A stretch of 63,956 nt of DNA, counting the filler, from Lenisia limosa (lineage: Eukaryota > Protista > Breviatea), in the NCBI GenBank assembly GCA_001655205.1. It is 8 parts of 8 records of this genome, joined end to end, with 100 filler letters (N's around TTAATTAATTAA, not from the genome) between each part and the next. Parts side by side here need not be neighbours in the genome. Positions count along the whole stretch, not along the records: positions 41,930 to 48,909 come from LPNZ01009441.1; positions 49,010 to 58,315 come from LPNZ01008170.1; positions 58,416 to 63,956 come from LPNZ01005859.1; 5 more parts are not named here. The stretch is one strand, 5' to 3'. The translations under genes and the position numbers were made by a program. Under the pieces are notes generated by a model that ran no database searches, was not told the DNA's origin, and saw nothing but the letters and a program-made list of their open reading frames with translations. The first letter of the stretch is position 1, and the number at the start of each line of letters is the position of its first letter. Of this stretch, positions 46,749 to 58,571 are shown piece by piece.

Positions 46749-48862
46749 ATGTCAACTCCGCCCCATCCTCTCCAAGAAGTGTGGAGGTAAGCAACACTGC
46801 TGCTCTCGCCTGCAATGGTCTTATTTACACTTAGTTTTTGGTTTGAGAAGTCGCCTGCACAGTCGGAGGGAATTCCTTTCTCTGATCGCCAATCTGTGGT
46901 CACTACTGCCACATCTGTCGAAGTAGGAAACTCTGGGGTTGGACATATAATTTCCAGCACATCCGAATATTTAATCAGTTCCATCATACTCTGTTTGGAG
47001 CAGCGAATCAAACTGTATTCCTGCGACAGGTTCCAGATTAGGGTTTTTGTTCTTTCTCTATTCTACCTCGAAATGATGATCGAAGATATCACGAGGGTTC
47101 ATCAAGAGTGTATCAGAGTATCATTTAGACTTGTCGGTCAATTATCATAGGAGTGGATATGAGGTATCATACATATCTTTTTTTTTTTTTGCAGTAAAGT
47201 CTCTATTAAAACTAGGATTATATAGATCCGGTTTTATTGTTTTTTTGTTTTAACAATAATGTTGATGCTATAATACGGGTTTCTTCACAAGACTGACCTA
47301 TTGCTATCATGAGATCTGACTGTTTAGGAGTTCTGGCAGGGCTTTAACAGCATGAACCAAGTTGGGGGAGGGGGGCTATTACGACTGTAGCTGATTTGCT
47401 TGGGGTTATCACGGAGGGCTGTCGGTTTTGATAACACCTTCGATTGCTATATTGGAAGGGGATTCAACACCTTCAATTGATTGGAAGGGGACTTAACCGT
47501 ATAAACAGTTATAGCTATAGATATAATCATTCATAAACTTGCTAAAGTGAACCACATCTAGTGTTCCAGTGTGGGTCAACATACGGATTACTGGACAACA
47601 TGCGGATCACTTAATAAAACTGGTCGGAAAATGGTATTATCACCTGTAGGTTCATGCTTAAAAGAGCAAAGTTTCTGGTGTTAACTTTTTAGGTAGACAT
47701 ATTGGACAAGAAAGCGTCGTATCACATCATGCGCAAGGGAGTAAGGCCTCTTTGGTGGGGGGGAAGGGGGGTAGTAGAAACGGCTTCACTTCGGTTCTGA
47801 ATTTCTTGATAAATCCTCCAAAACTATCGATATTTTACCGGTATATTTCGAACCGAAGTGAAGTCCTAGTAGCATATCACAGATTATTTGCTGGTGATGA
47901 GGGGGTATGTAGAGTATCGGGTGGGTTAGTGACACGACGATGAGGGCTTCCCTACAAAAAAATAGGAGGATTTACCTATTTATGATCCATTGAAACAAGT
48001 CTCCAAACCAAGATGATTACAATGTTTGTAATTTAGTTTTTTAGATTCTAAACATTCATCACTGATTCAGGGAGGACGAATCGAACAAAAACGGCGGAGT
48101 GTTTATCCTTCGTGTGGATAAGCCATAGTGGGAGTGGTATTGTATGTACCTTAGTTGTGTGTGTTTTCAGACCCAGAATTTTCATTTTTACTATCCTCCA
48201 CTACCGTTTACGCACGCTGGAGTGATGGGATACGATGCTGCCGAAGTGACTGGCCGGGGCTTTGTTTTGTTTTGATATTCTCAACTCTCGTATTTTGGGC
48301 TTTTTTTTGTTCATAAAACTGTCCATTTTTACCCCCCCCCCCCTNNNNNNNNNNNNNNNNNNNNNNNNNNNNNNNNNNNNNNNNNNNNNNNNNNNNNNNN
48401 NNNNNNNNNNNNNNNNNNNNNGCTCAGTGCGCAACACGCATGGAGAGAGCTCCTTATGGGACTTATTGGTGGCCAACTGTCCGGTGCCGTGGATCCCTCA
48501 GATCAGATCAATGGTATCTCTATATCGCCAAGGGATAATGGTTGGTGTGGATCTCTATGATATCGCCAAGGGATACTGGTTTGGTAGAGTTTGATCAAAA
48601 TAGTAACTACATCAGTATTGGATGGCCTGTTTTCTGCTTTTATGACAGCCCACTCATAGCTTCAGATTTTGTCATCTCCATTTGGAATCAAAGCGACTCT
48701 GCTGGAACAAACTCTGCGTCCAGGCTTTTCGACTTCATTTCACAGAATATTTTTGTCCACTTCCGAGCCAAAGCCATGTTTTATAAACGTGGGGGAGGGG
48801 GGTCAACGCACCTGGATGTGAAATACCAGCTAATTTTCCTTATTAAACAAGGGCAACATTGA
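46749..48862 (+). CDS. EIF4E: Eukaryotic translation initiation factor 4E family protein
   Basis: Fully spliceable with GT-AG: HPLQEVWSFWF, VEEFWQGFN, YHIMRKGVRPLWEDESNKNGG, WRELLMGLIGG, VISIWN; stop TGA 48860-48862. Confidence 0.92.
47185..47232 (+). repeat. ~45-bp dispersed repeat (family F), second copy at 57990-58037
   Basis: TTTTTTG.AGTAAAGTCTCTATT.AAACTAGGAT.ATA.AGATC in both copies. Confidence 0.7.
47782..47866. mobile_element. MITE family A copy in an eIF4E intron
   Basis: GGCTTCACTTCGGTTC ... CGAACCGAAGTGAAGTCC-TA. Confidence 0.8.
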
Positions 48863-48909
48863 CTGTGTATTTGCGCGCTGTCGGGGGGTATAATGTCGTA
48901 TGCATATCG

Positions 48910-49009
48910 NNNNNNNNNNNNNNNNNNNNNNNNNNNNNNNNNNNNNNNNNNNNTTAATTAATTAANNNNNNNNNNNNNNNNNNNNNNNNNNNNNNNNNNN
49001 NNNNNNNNN
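48910..49009. other. Artificial contig linker
   Basis: Same 100-nt structure. Confidence 0.95.
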
Positions 49010-52000
49010 CCAGGCCAGCACTGCATCCCATCACGCAATGAAGGAAATGTCGATGACGATATTAGAGTGAAGATAAGACTAATGAATAAAATGCTTTGCA
49101 GAAGAATGGCATTAGCGCGAATAAAGGGATTTCGAAAAAAGAACAAGAGTTTATCTGGGCAGTTATAATGAAAGAGTAGTAACTACCTTGCGTCTTTCTG
49201 GAGGAGGGGGGAAGTCTTCAACAGCTGCATAGCTTCCCATGTTTTTGCCTTTTTTCTTGTCAGGAATGATGAGCTCAGCCTTTTCAGCAATTCCTGTCTT
49301 GGTGACCAGTGAACAAGATGAACAGTGCAACCACTAAAGGTGCAGCAGATAGTTCACCAACCTAAGGCACCCTCCGTTGGTGCTCTGCTGATACCTGCGT
49401 TGTTGCCAAGGTTTCGCCGAAGCTAATGAAGTGAGAACTTCATCAGAATCCCCAAAGACAGAAAATATGGAACATGGCGGTCATAGAATAGCCATACAAT
49501 AAACAATATAGATGGCATTTGTAAGGTTTGCCCATACTCTGTGTTGCTGGAGTCTCTCTCGATGTTTCCTCTGGTTTGCATGGTTTTGAGGCTGTGATAA
49601 TGAAGTTTGAGAAAAGTATTGGCTGGTAACAACTACTCGCCCCTATTACTCTTGGACAATCGTTAAGAATATGTCCGCCAAGTCCACAATTGAAGCAAAT
49701 ATTGAATCCCGGATTGTCACTACAGAAGGGGGATCAGATAAGATCGTTTAAAGAAATATTTAAATGAAGCTTCACAAACCTCCACTCCGTGCCCAGTATT
49801 TGTTCACAGAAAAGATCCACATTTCTAAGTCAATCAGAATTTCACAAGGAGAAGGGGGGGGGGGGATGAATCTGAAGGAGACAGCTTGACCAACCTTGCG
49901 CAAGTGGCTTCGTTCATACGGCCGCGGCGGTCCTCCACAAATAGCGGAGTCGACAACGGCCGGTTGATGTCAACCGGGCGATCTTGCGATCTGCTGCCGC
50001 TTCGGATATTCTGCAGGGTGATGAAGGGTGTACTGTTGTTTATTCAATGCTCGATGTTGCCTAATTTACGCTGCCCACTTTGAAGCCCTTCCAAGAAGTG
50101 TTGACCCCCATTTCGTAGCGTTCCGTGACGTTGGGGAGTTTGGTAGGAGGCGGTACGCACAAGTCCGGTCTTGAGGCAAAGAGACAGAAGATTTTCTCTT
50201 GGAGTTTCTTCACATCTTCACTAAAACGTCAACCTTTTTGTACGCTCTCGTGTTGTGTTTTGAGACAAAAACAAGAAAATTTCTTGATAAGTCCTGATGT
50301 CTGTCCAATATCCTTGATAAGTCCTGATGTGTGTCCAATATCCTTGATAAGTCCTGATGTGTGTCCAATATGACACCATCTTTAAACAACATTGGAATGC
50401 ACATGGGTCAGAACAGAGTAGAAATATGATATATGTGAAAGAGAAATATAAAGCGAATTTCTCGATAAATTCAGTCTTTTGGAAGCGAAGTAAAATATTT
50501 CCTTGTATCCATAAATAGGGTCTATTAGAGCCCCAACATACGGTGGAAGGAAGTTGTGCGATATCTTGATTTCGGGTATGGCGTGAGTAAATGGTTTTAG
50601 CTCATGAATTTCCGGTACTTTGAAGATGCCTTCGTTGCTTTCCTCAACCTCACCTGTCTAAAGGGGTTACAGAAGTAGTTTAAGCCTACCCCAAAGATCT
50701 CCTCAAGGCAACTGTCAGAGTATTCACCCTCCTCATCCATGAAGGAGTCAAGCGCAATGTCTCCAATAAGAGGAGGCTTGGCCTTGGGAGACTCTTCATC
50801 ACTCATTTCCATCGCTTCATCAGAATCAGAATCTTCCTTTTCCGCACATTGATCATCAGGTTCTACCTTTGCATCTTCATCGTGAGTAACTCCTTTTGCT
50901 AATTCGGATGTAACTTCAGCCTTTTCCATCTTCTCTATCATCTCCATCTTTTCTTCCTCGCTTTCACTCTCCCCTTCATCAGCATCAGACTCGAACGTAT
51001 CAAACACACCCATTGGATCAAGATGAAGGGGTGGTTCATCCTCTGAGCCATCATCCACATCTCCTTCATCCTCCTCCTCATGCTCCCTTTCTTTTCCTTC
51101 TTCTTTATTCTCTTCCTTCTCCTCCTTACTCACTTTCCCTTTTGTTCCCTCCCCCTCAACTTCCTTAACAGCATCTCCCTCTTGATCTTCGGATTTCAAG
51201 CCTTCGTCACTCTCTTCCTCTTCCTCATCATCAGTAACTTCGATTTCCTCTTCCACTTCCTCCTCCACTTCTTCATACTCACTCGCTTCGTCTTGTCCAA
51301 CTGTAACGTCTGTCATGCTATTCTCCTCAGCAAATGCCATTGCCTTCAAAGTAATTGTGCATAGGTGCGTGATTCAGTAATGATATATTTACAATAATAT
51401 CATACTGAAAGCCAGGTCTACAGAATAACATTCCCTTGTCAATTAGAAATAAAGAAAGTTATGACAGAACTAGGGGGTAAATAAACTTGTTTATATAACC
51501 CTTGGGATAGATAGAACATTAATGATTTGTGTTTTATTACTTCATAATTGGTGTATTGTGATGGGAAAATAATTGTCTCATCCATACCTTCTTTGTTATC
51601 ACCCCTGCAAACTGGCAAACTAGCGTCAAGTCCGCCAGTCCGCCTTTGAACAAGCACGTCAGCGGTTGTACTTGAGTGTGTTCAGATTGAATGAAGCATA
51701 TCCTTGTTTCTTGCTACTTATTTGTACTTTCTGTCCCTTATCTATCTCAATATTTTAATGCTGTATGCTGTAGTAAAATTGTACAACTGTTACAGACTAG
51801 AAGAGAGTAAGAGAGGGAGGAAGAAATGGATGAAAAAATAAAAAATGAGCAGAGCAATCCAGTCAAACATCGATATTAACCCCAGGTCCAAACTTGCCAG
51901 ATTCTTTCGGTTGACATTTGGCCTCATTGTTTGTCTCGTCTCCCCCTGTACTCCTCAGTTCAACCCCAATAAAGCTCTACCACTTTAGCGCAACTGTACT

Positions 52001-52256
52001 ATCACACCAGCTAATACACTCTGAGCACACTGTGGATGAGTCCCGGACCTAATCACTCAAGCTTAACCTGGAAAGAACCAACGGCTACAGAAGGATTACA
52101 TAAATCAAACTGAAAATAGAAACACCTAAGAAATTCAATAATACCACTGATCAAGAGTCACCTAAACCAAGAACATAACAACAACATCAAACAAGATCAA
52201 AAATAATAAAACTAAACCCTACCCATTCCCCATATCGTTAAAGCTCCCTCGGACAT
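49010..52256 (-). CDS. CCHC zinc-knuckle protein with long acidic region, ZCCHC8-like; 3' end cut by linker, 5' end uncertain
   Basis: D/E-rich exon ~50690-51350. CFNCGLGGHILNDCPR (~49650-49700) joins PQNHANQRKHRERL and RYQQ, paralleling ZCCHC8 CFNCG..HQMKDCP.PRN...RY. The PSP domain is not seen before the join. Confidence 0.55.
50282..50371. repeat. Minisatellite, 30 bp x3
   Basis: CTTGATAAGTCCTGATGT(C/G)TGTCCAATATC repeated. Confidence 0.9.
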
Positions 52257-52321
52257 ATCACCATCTCGCCATCTTTGTCAAATAATGAAGTTCCTGTTAA
52301 AGTGAGACCATTAATGACTTG

Positions 52322-54788
52322 TCATCTTAGGACACCAACCATGTGAGGGGACTGGTATTTGAGGGAGGCCCATCATTGATACTACAAAGGGTTAATGGAA
52401 AATGAAGTGAAGACGCTGTCGGGAGGCATTGGTTTCCATATTTCAATACTATTATGTCCATGGCGTCTATATTCATAATGTCTCCTATCCATTGAAAGAA
52501 GGTTCTGAGTCAGTGCAGATACCGTTGTGTTTAAAAGGGAAATAAGTGGATTATCAACGATGCATAGCGAGACGGTAAGAGAGATGGAATCGGTGACAGG
52601 GGGTGGGATAGTCGAGAGTTTTCACCATAGACCCACTTGAATTAGTGATAGCCTGTGGCAACATTGGGGCTTGGAACCGAAGATCCGGCGCTTGCATTTG
52701 ACTCATCTAAAGGGTAAGATTCAAGAACCCCCCCCCCCATCATCATCAGGAAATCTCACCTGTTCTTGAAGGCCTTGTTGGGGGAAAGGCATCGGAGGCG
52801 CGGCCATTGGCTGCGGCTGTGGTCCTAGATTGTGAGTGTCTTTTAATACCCCGGAATGCAACTATTGTGATCCTTTAATACCCCAGAATAGAGTTCCCTA
52901 CCAGGAGGGGAGTCGAGCGGCATAGACGATGTCCTTGAGCGTCCACGCGAGGTCTCACGCGACCTGGATCTGCTGGTTCGGCTTGATGAGTGGCTCCTGG
53001 ATCGGCTGTATCGACACTTGCTGGACTTGAACTTCCGGAAATGCACCTTGATTGCGGAACTGGACGGCGCGGGGTGGTCAATTTCTCTGTTTGGTCTGAA
53101 CTGGCGTGAAGCGAGTTCTCTTCTGCGCTCGCGCTCCTGCTGTTTGCGTTTGCTTTCACCAGTGCGCGATAAAAGCTGGATGCCAAGCTTTTGAATATCG
53201 GAAGCCGTCCTGGCCTGCGCAAGCTCGCTTTCCTGCAAGATGAGGGGGGGGGGNNNNNNNNNNNNNNNNNNNNNNNNNNNNNNNNNNNNNNNNNNNNNNN
53301 NNNNNNNNNNNNNNNNNNNNAAAAAAAAACAAGAGTCCTGAAACGGTTGGCATACAGTGACCTCGTGAGATGTTGCTGGAACATTATCCTTGACAATACG
53401 TGTGGGGACAGCCTTGAAGAATGAAAAATAGGCCACGTGCACGAAAACAAAGGATTGACAGAAGCAGTAAAAGTGAGATTTTACGTTGATAGCTGCCATA
53501 TTTGACCTGGTATTTAATCAAATGCCTATTGGACAAGAAGTCAGCGTACCCTGGGAAGGTCATCTTCGTTGACGACATCAAATTCCTCGTCATCAGTCAC
53601 CAAGTCTTCCTCAGGAATGTCCTCCACCACCGCGCCAAGTTGGTTGCTTAGACTATTGGGATGCTCATCCGGCCGTGCAAGAGGCGCTTCCGGCACTACA
53701 GGGATGGGGGCGGCCGCGAGAGGAAGTGCAGGTATTTGAGGCTACATGATCAGCTGAGAAGAGATGCGGTCAAAAGACTTCTCAGTTTGCTTACCGCAAC
53801 GGCGGCATGCAAGAATGGCGAATCTAAATAAGGAGCCTTGACAGGAGGAAGCATGGGGGAGCTCAAGGAGGCTTGGAAAAGAGAAGGGAACGTCGGGGTG
53901 TGGATCGGAGAAGGGAGAGAAGAGGCAATCTGCTTATCAGGAACCGCCCAATCAAATGTAGGAGCATTCTAAGAACAATAAGCGGAGAAGGAAGTCATCA
54001 GCAATCTAACAAAAAATGAGGAGGAAATAAACCGGATGTTTAACCAACCTCAGGCCGCTTTTTCTTTGAATTAGACACTCTAAAAGTATAAATGCAACTT
54101 GAAAACGAAAAAGCGAAAAACAAAGAACTATATACTGACCTGTGCTGACGTTGCGCGTTCCAAAGAAGTCCACAGACATTACACTATAAGATGATAAGTT
54201 AGGGAAGGCTTAGCAGCTCAAAAACCCAAAGAAACCAAAACAAACCATCGAGTATCTGGCGGCACATTTCCCTCTATCTCTCCCCGATCTCCAGCATGAA
54301 GTCTCTTGAGTTCCACATTCTGAAACAACAGTTGGTTTTGGAAACGGAATACCGGTGAACACCCAACATACGACTGCATCTCTTTCCTTTGGTTCCTTCC
54401 GACGCATAAATCAGTGTTCGGTTTCTATATGAAGCTCCACATGACTGGCAAAGCGTACCTCTCCCATTTGGCCCTGAAAGGTCAGAGAAAAAAAACAAAT
54501 TTTAAGCTTCCCTGGCTGTTAATCAATCACAATATTCTATATTAGAAATGCCCCTGCAACAAGAGGCAGCTGTCTGAAAAAAAACAATAAAACCCCACCT
54601 GGCCTCCAGCGCGTTGTTTCGGTTCTTGAGCATAGTTCACAAGCTCTTACAAACATTCCAGAGTCGGAGCGTACAACATGCCCAACTAAGGACGGAAGAA
54701 CCGCTCCTGGGAGGGTTGGATTTGGTTTGAAGGCTGCTTGAGTCATTGGCTGCAAGCCCATTGTGTTGACTTGCAGAGGCTGGAACAT
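52322..54788 (-). CDS. GATA-type zinc-finger protein with two fingers and an RS/P/Q-rich C-terminus
   Basis: Finger 1 CELCSRTETTRWRPGPNGRGTLCQSCG (C-X2-C-X18-C-X2-C; exons ~54600-54645 and ~54400-54475). Finger 2 CSQCGTQETSCWRSG...CNVCGLLW. RS-rich exon ~52900-53235. Putative stop TGA 52322-52324. Confidence 0.75.
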
Positions 54789-55224
54789 TGTTTTTTTGTT
54801 CCAGGGTTAGTGATCCCAGCTGTCTTCTTCCAGCTGCCAAATATAGTTTATAGTTCTTCAAAAAGCAAATATTTCGTGCTTCTGCCAACTCTATAGTCTC
54901 ATTTACCCACCATTTACCACTTTACCAACCTCCCCTATTTGTCCAAGGCCTTTTTGAGCCCAAAATAATTTTGCTTTTAAAGCTTCGCACGAACGCACCG
55001 CGCGCAGTATTTAAATTATTTAAAATTTTCGTTTTTTTTCGTACAGTTGTTTTATAGTAGATGATTGTGGTGCAAGTTTAATAATTAAATAAATAATTTT
55101 TGAATCTTGTGATGGATCAGCCTTTACTTGCCTCTAGTCGCAATGGTTTGTACAGTAAATTAAGCCTAGACTGCTCCTCTTTCACATTTAATGATAATTT
55201 ATTGAAATAAGTTATAATTTGGCA

Positions 55225-58200
55225 GATGGAGGCGACGGTTTTGATGTCGATGGCGACCCCATCGAGCAAATGATCAAGGCTGCTGAAAAGAGGGAGCAAG
55301 TCCTAATGGCATCAATTAACAAAAAGTTAGTTTGGTAAATGAGTGAAGGAGAGGAAAAGCTATTTATCAGGCTACGGGAGTACGTGCTGTCACTATTTAG
55401 GGAGGGCGTCACAGGGCCAGATGACATCATTCTTTCTGTGGATAAAAGGTGTGCTCTTTTCACTCTCCCCTATTTACTCCCATACAAAGAACAATTCCTG
55501 TTTTTTAACTGTCATAGATTCTTTGAATATGGCTGCTATATGGCAGAGTTAATGCTTTAGTCGGCTCATTGTTCCCGACCGGTCAGTGTCGCTTTATTGG
55601 ACAGAGAAAATCGCTGTTTCCATGTCTTATTTCCAAATTTTGGCAGTTTTCTACCTTCTGGGGCAGTATTGGCCCTGGCCTGCATGGTGGGTTTTAGGAG
55701 GCACAATACAAGCGTTTTTCCTCCTATTCATTGCTTAGGGTTCTTTCCAAAGGAGAATGGGTGTTGTTCTCACTGTTCGATTTCTACAGCACCGGGCCTC
55801 TTTCATTTAGGACATACTCAATGTAATGGGGCCTTCTTACGGTTATTTGAAACAGTTTGTTTCACCTGTTATCTTCTAGATTGATATCCTTCCTTCCTCT
55901 TGCGCTCTTCCTGGCATCATGGTTAGTGAAGCGGAAGATGTTGGACCGACCATCGGGCAACACCCCATTACAACTTGGCAAAATCGACCGTCATGTTTAC
56001 TACTGGAGTGGGCGGTTGAAAGCCTATATTCTTTGCTAACTTCTCAGTCGAAATACTCTACCTTCCCGCTCTCATGGCTTTGGCTCGGTTTTGCGTTTGT
56101 CAAGAAGGAACAGACACTGTTCTGGAATATAGCGAATGTTGGACACTTCAAGTTTGAGCTTACTCTTTAGATTCATGTCAATCATCTGAGTATCAGATTT
56201 GGCGTTTTCTTCTTATCCTAGCTGTCATTCCAATACTTCTCTATATTCCGATCATGGTACGTGTTAGCGTTTATTTCTTGCACTCACTTCTGTAGGAAGT
56301 CATATCCATCAGCCACGATCTTGTTTATAGTTTGAGTGAGGACCACAGTAAATATGTAACACTGAAAGAGACGGAGTATTTAAACGGGCTTCACACCATT
56401 TGGGCCACAAGAGTGGGCACAATTCCTCTCAAGACTCTCATATCTTCTATTTTGACCCTCTAGCACTTTGCTCTATTTTCCGCCTTCAAAAGAAGCCAAG
56501 TTTACTTCAGGGTAGGAAGACATTTTCGAAGTCTCACACTTTAGCCCTTCTCACTTGTCTTCAAATTAATGATAGCGGCGGTGTTTTGGGCCTCTCACCC
56601 CGGTTTGTGGTTTACCCTTATTGCCAAAGGCAAACCACAACTATTTCTTTTGATCCCTTCATTGTATCTTTGTGTGTTCTCATTTTTTTAGCCACATCAC
56701 AATCCTCAAGTCCCATGGAGCTTCAGGCCGCCATATTATTGTAGGGCGGAACTAAAACTTGAAATAATTGGTATTTACACACTCTCAGAGGCATGATGAC
56801 AGGGCTTTCGGTATTTGTTACTGTTCGAATGCCCTTCCGACACAACACAACGAACACCATTCTCGTTCTTTCACTCTGGTGGGCTGGGTTTTACAGTTTT
56901 CCTCTTGGTAAAGTTGCTTGTACATGATGCGTATATTATATTATTTTGGGTTCACTGACTTGTTTAGGGTGTTAACCTTGATAATGTCACTGAGTTACTT
57001 AGTAGCCACAGCAGTTGAATCATACCTCTTGATGGCTGGTTTGTGGGGTGAATGCCTTTCATAATAGTATGTTTGACTCATGTGTAGACGTTCTCTCTGC
57101 CTGGATTGCGCTTTTCAACTTCATTGTTTGCGGAACAATGTTCTCTGTTGCCGCTTACGCCAAAATCCTCAAGAAAGGTACGGTCACAGTTCACTTTGCC
57201 TACAACATTTCAGGCTGGGATATTCGACCCAAAACTTTGTTGAATATAAGTGACGCGCACGACCATCTGGTTGAGGTTATTCGTCAAGCAAGGTAAGGAT
57301 GTCGAGATTACTTTTGAGAATAGGAACGCATCTTTAGTATTAGTACTGAAAGGAAAACAAACATTCTTTAATGGGACAAAGGAGTCAGAATAACAATTAT
57401 TGCACCTTGATACAACTTTACAGGAATATTATTGTTAATGTAAGCAGGAGGGAACGATTAGAGTAGTAACATTTTAAATGAGATAAGAATGGCATTTTTA
57501 GGGGTTTTGAGAACAATTTTTTGCAAGTGTAGAAACGTTTATTTATTAAAAAGTAAACGAACTATGTAAAAAATACAGGGAATAGGGATTGGCCGGAAGA
57601 CGAAGACATGGGTATCAGAGTTGGGGGGGGGGGGNNNNNNNNNNNNNNNNNNNNNNNNNNNNNNNNNNNNNNNNNNNNNNNNNNNNNNNNNNNNNNNNGT
57701 AAAAAAATGGCTAGTGTAGACAATGACAGGGTTGTCACTGTTGATGCATATGAAAAAATAGCCAACTCTAACTGCTTGCCCTTTAATAGGCACTCCTCAA
57801 AAGCAGAATTAATTCCTGCGTTAGAGTAATTTCTCAGGGGTGCCAGAGAAAGAGTTGGGGAGGGGTTAGAAAAATACTGTTTGGAAAAAGGAACCACATA
57901 AAAGCGAATCTAAATAAGACATGTATTGAATTAACTAATTTGAAAGGGGGTGGTGGGAAACAGTCTAAAATTGACAATGGCCCTAAATTCTTTTTTGAAG
58001 TAAAGTCTCTATTGAAACTAGGATCATAGAGATCTAGCGGTTGACTACACAAAGAAACATCCAACAGAAAACCACAGAAAGGAGGACTTCATGAACACAC
58101 TGAGATAGATCGGTTAGCTAACTACTTGAGGAACCTACTTGAATCACCATGTGTCGAGAAGAACGCCTACTCCCTTGTTGTCGAATGCTGCTCCGGATGC

Positions 58201-58227
58201 CTTCTGCGTACTCCCACCGAATCATGA
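55225..58227 (+). CDS. Multi-pass membrane protein of unknown function; ends uncertain
   Basis: In-frame exons DGDPIEQMIKAAEKREQ, QYWPWPAW, EILYLPALMALARFCVC...ECW, HFALFSAFKRSQVYFR, VRMPFRHNTTN, WDIRPKTL; several hydrophobic helices. Confidence 0.7.
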
Positions 58228-58315
58228 ACACTGATTTTGCGGAATTTAGGTCTTGCCCCAAAGGTCCCTATTATCTTTGAAATGCAAGTCTCAGATTTCG
58301 GCGCTTGAGTGAGGG

Positions 58316-58415
58316 NNNNNNNNNNNNNNNNNNNNNNNNNNNNNNNNNNNNNNNNNNNNTTAATTAATTAANNNNNNNNNNNNNNNNNNNNNNNNNNNNN
58401 NNNNNNNNNNNNNNN
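58316..58415. other. Artificial contig linker
   Basis: Same 100-nt structure; genes on both sides stop abruptly. Confidence 0.95.
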
Positions 58416-58571
58416 ATTGTCTAAAAACCGGAATTGGCAAAAAAACCGGAATTTTGAACGGACGCATATGATATTGTCCTTGCGTTGCTTAATATTACTC
58501 CGGCACACTATATCTAATAATACTCCAAATTCAGGGTAAAACAACAACTGCACAACTCCCAAATTCCAAGC

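Noticed and set aside
50282-50371. 30-bp and 27-bp (28800-28888) repeats resembling CRISPR arrays
   Set aside because: The units are head-to-tail with no spacers, lie in eukaryotic introns, and have no cas genes nearby.
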